DNA from: Octopus vulgaris
Taxonomy: Eukaryota
Reading direction: 5' to 3'
Assembly: GCA_951406725.2 (NCBI GenBank)
Contig: OX597816.1
Coordinates: 165,974,001-166,038,000 of the forward strand
Length of the DNA: 64,000 nucleotides
Positions 63,962 through 64,000 of the stretch are shown here, piece after piece. Position 1 is the first letter of the stretch. Each line of letters starts with the position of its first letter. The notes below the pieces were generated by a model that saw only the letters and a list, made by a program, of their open reading frames with translations, was not told where the DNA came from and did no database searches. The position numbers and the translations under genes are program-made.

Positions 63962-64000
63962 TGTGCGCGCGTGCGACTCTGGTATTTTTTCACCATCGAT

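Overview
AT-rich, repeat-saturated eukaryotic DNA with no protein-coding host gene that I can support. Almost all ORFs in the track are translations of microsatellites or SINEs. The repeat inventory (tRNA-headed SINEs, some with a CORE-like block, and very dense (TA)n/(CA)n/(GATA)n/(AAT)n) resembles an octopus or other coleoid cephalopod genome; this is inference only. Recognisable decayed coding remnants are Penelope-like elements (PLE; RT and GIY-YIG), R4/Dong-type RLE LINEs in (AAT)n, CR1/L2-group, Tx1/L1 and RTE LINE pieces, and several Tc1/mariner transposase pieces. Non-autonomous Helitrons, a piggyBac-type element with TTAA TSDs and MITEs are also present. The most notable hidden layer is about 15 type-I minimal hammerhead-ribozyme motifs (CUGANGA-stem II-GAAA-palindromic mini stem III-UH). 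They belong to several unrelated short elements resembling PLE pseudo-LTRs, usually lie in or beside microsatellites, and often form long fold-back palindromes. One family consistently carries a non-canonical CUGUNGA core. There are also several local templated duplications and inversions, and nested insertions that order the families in time.
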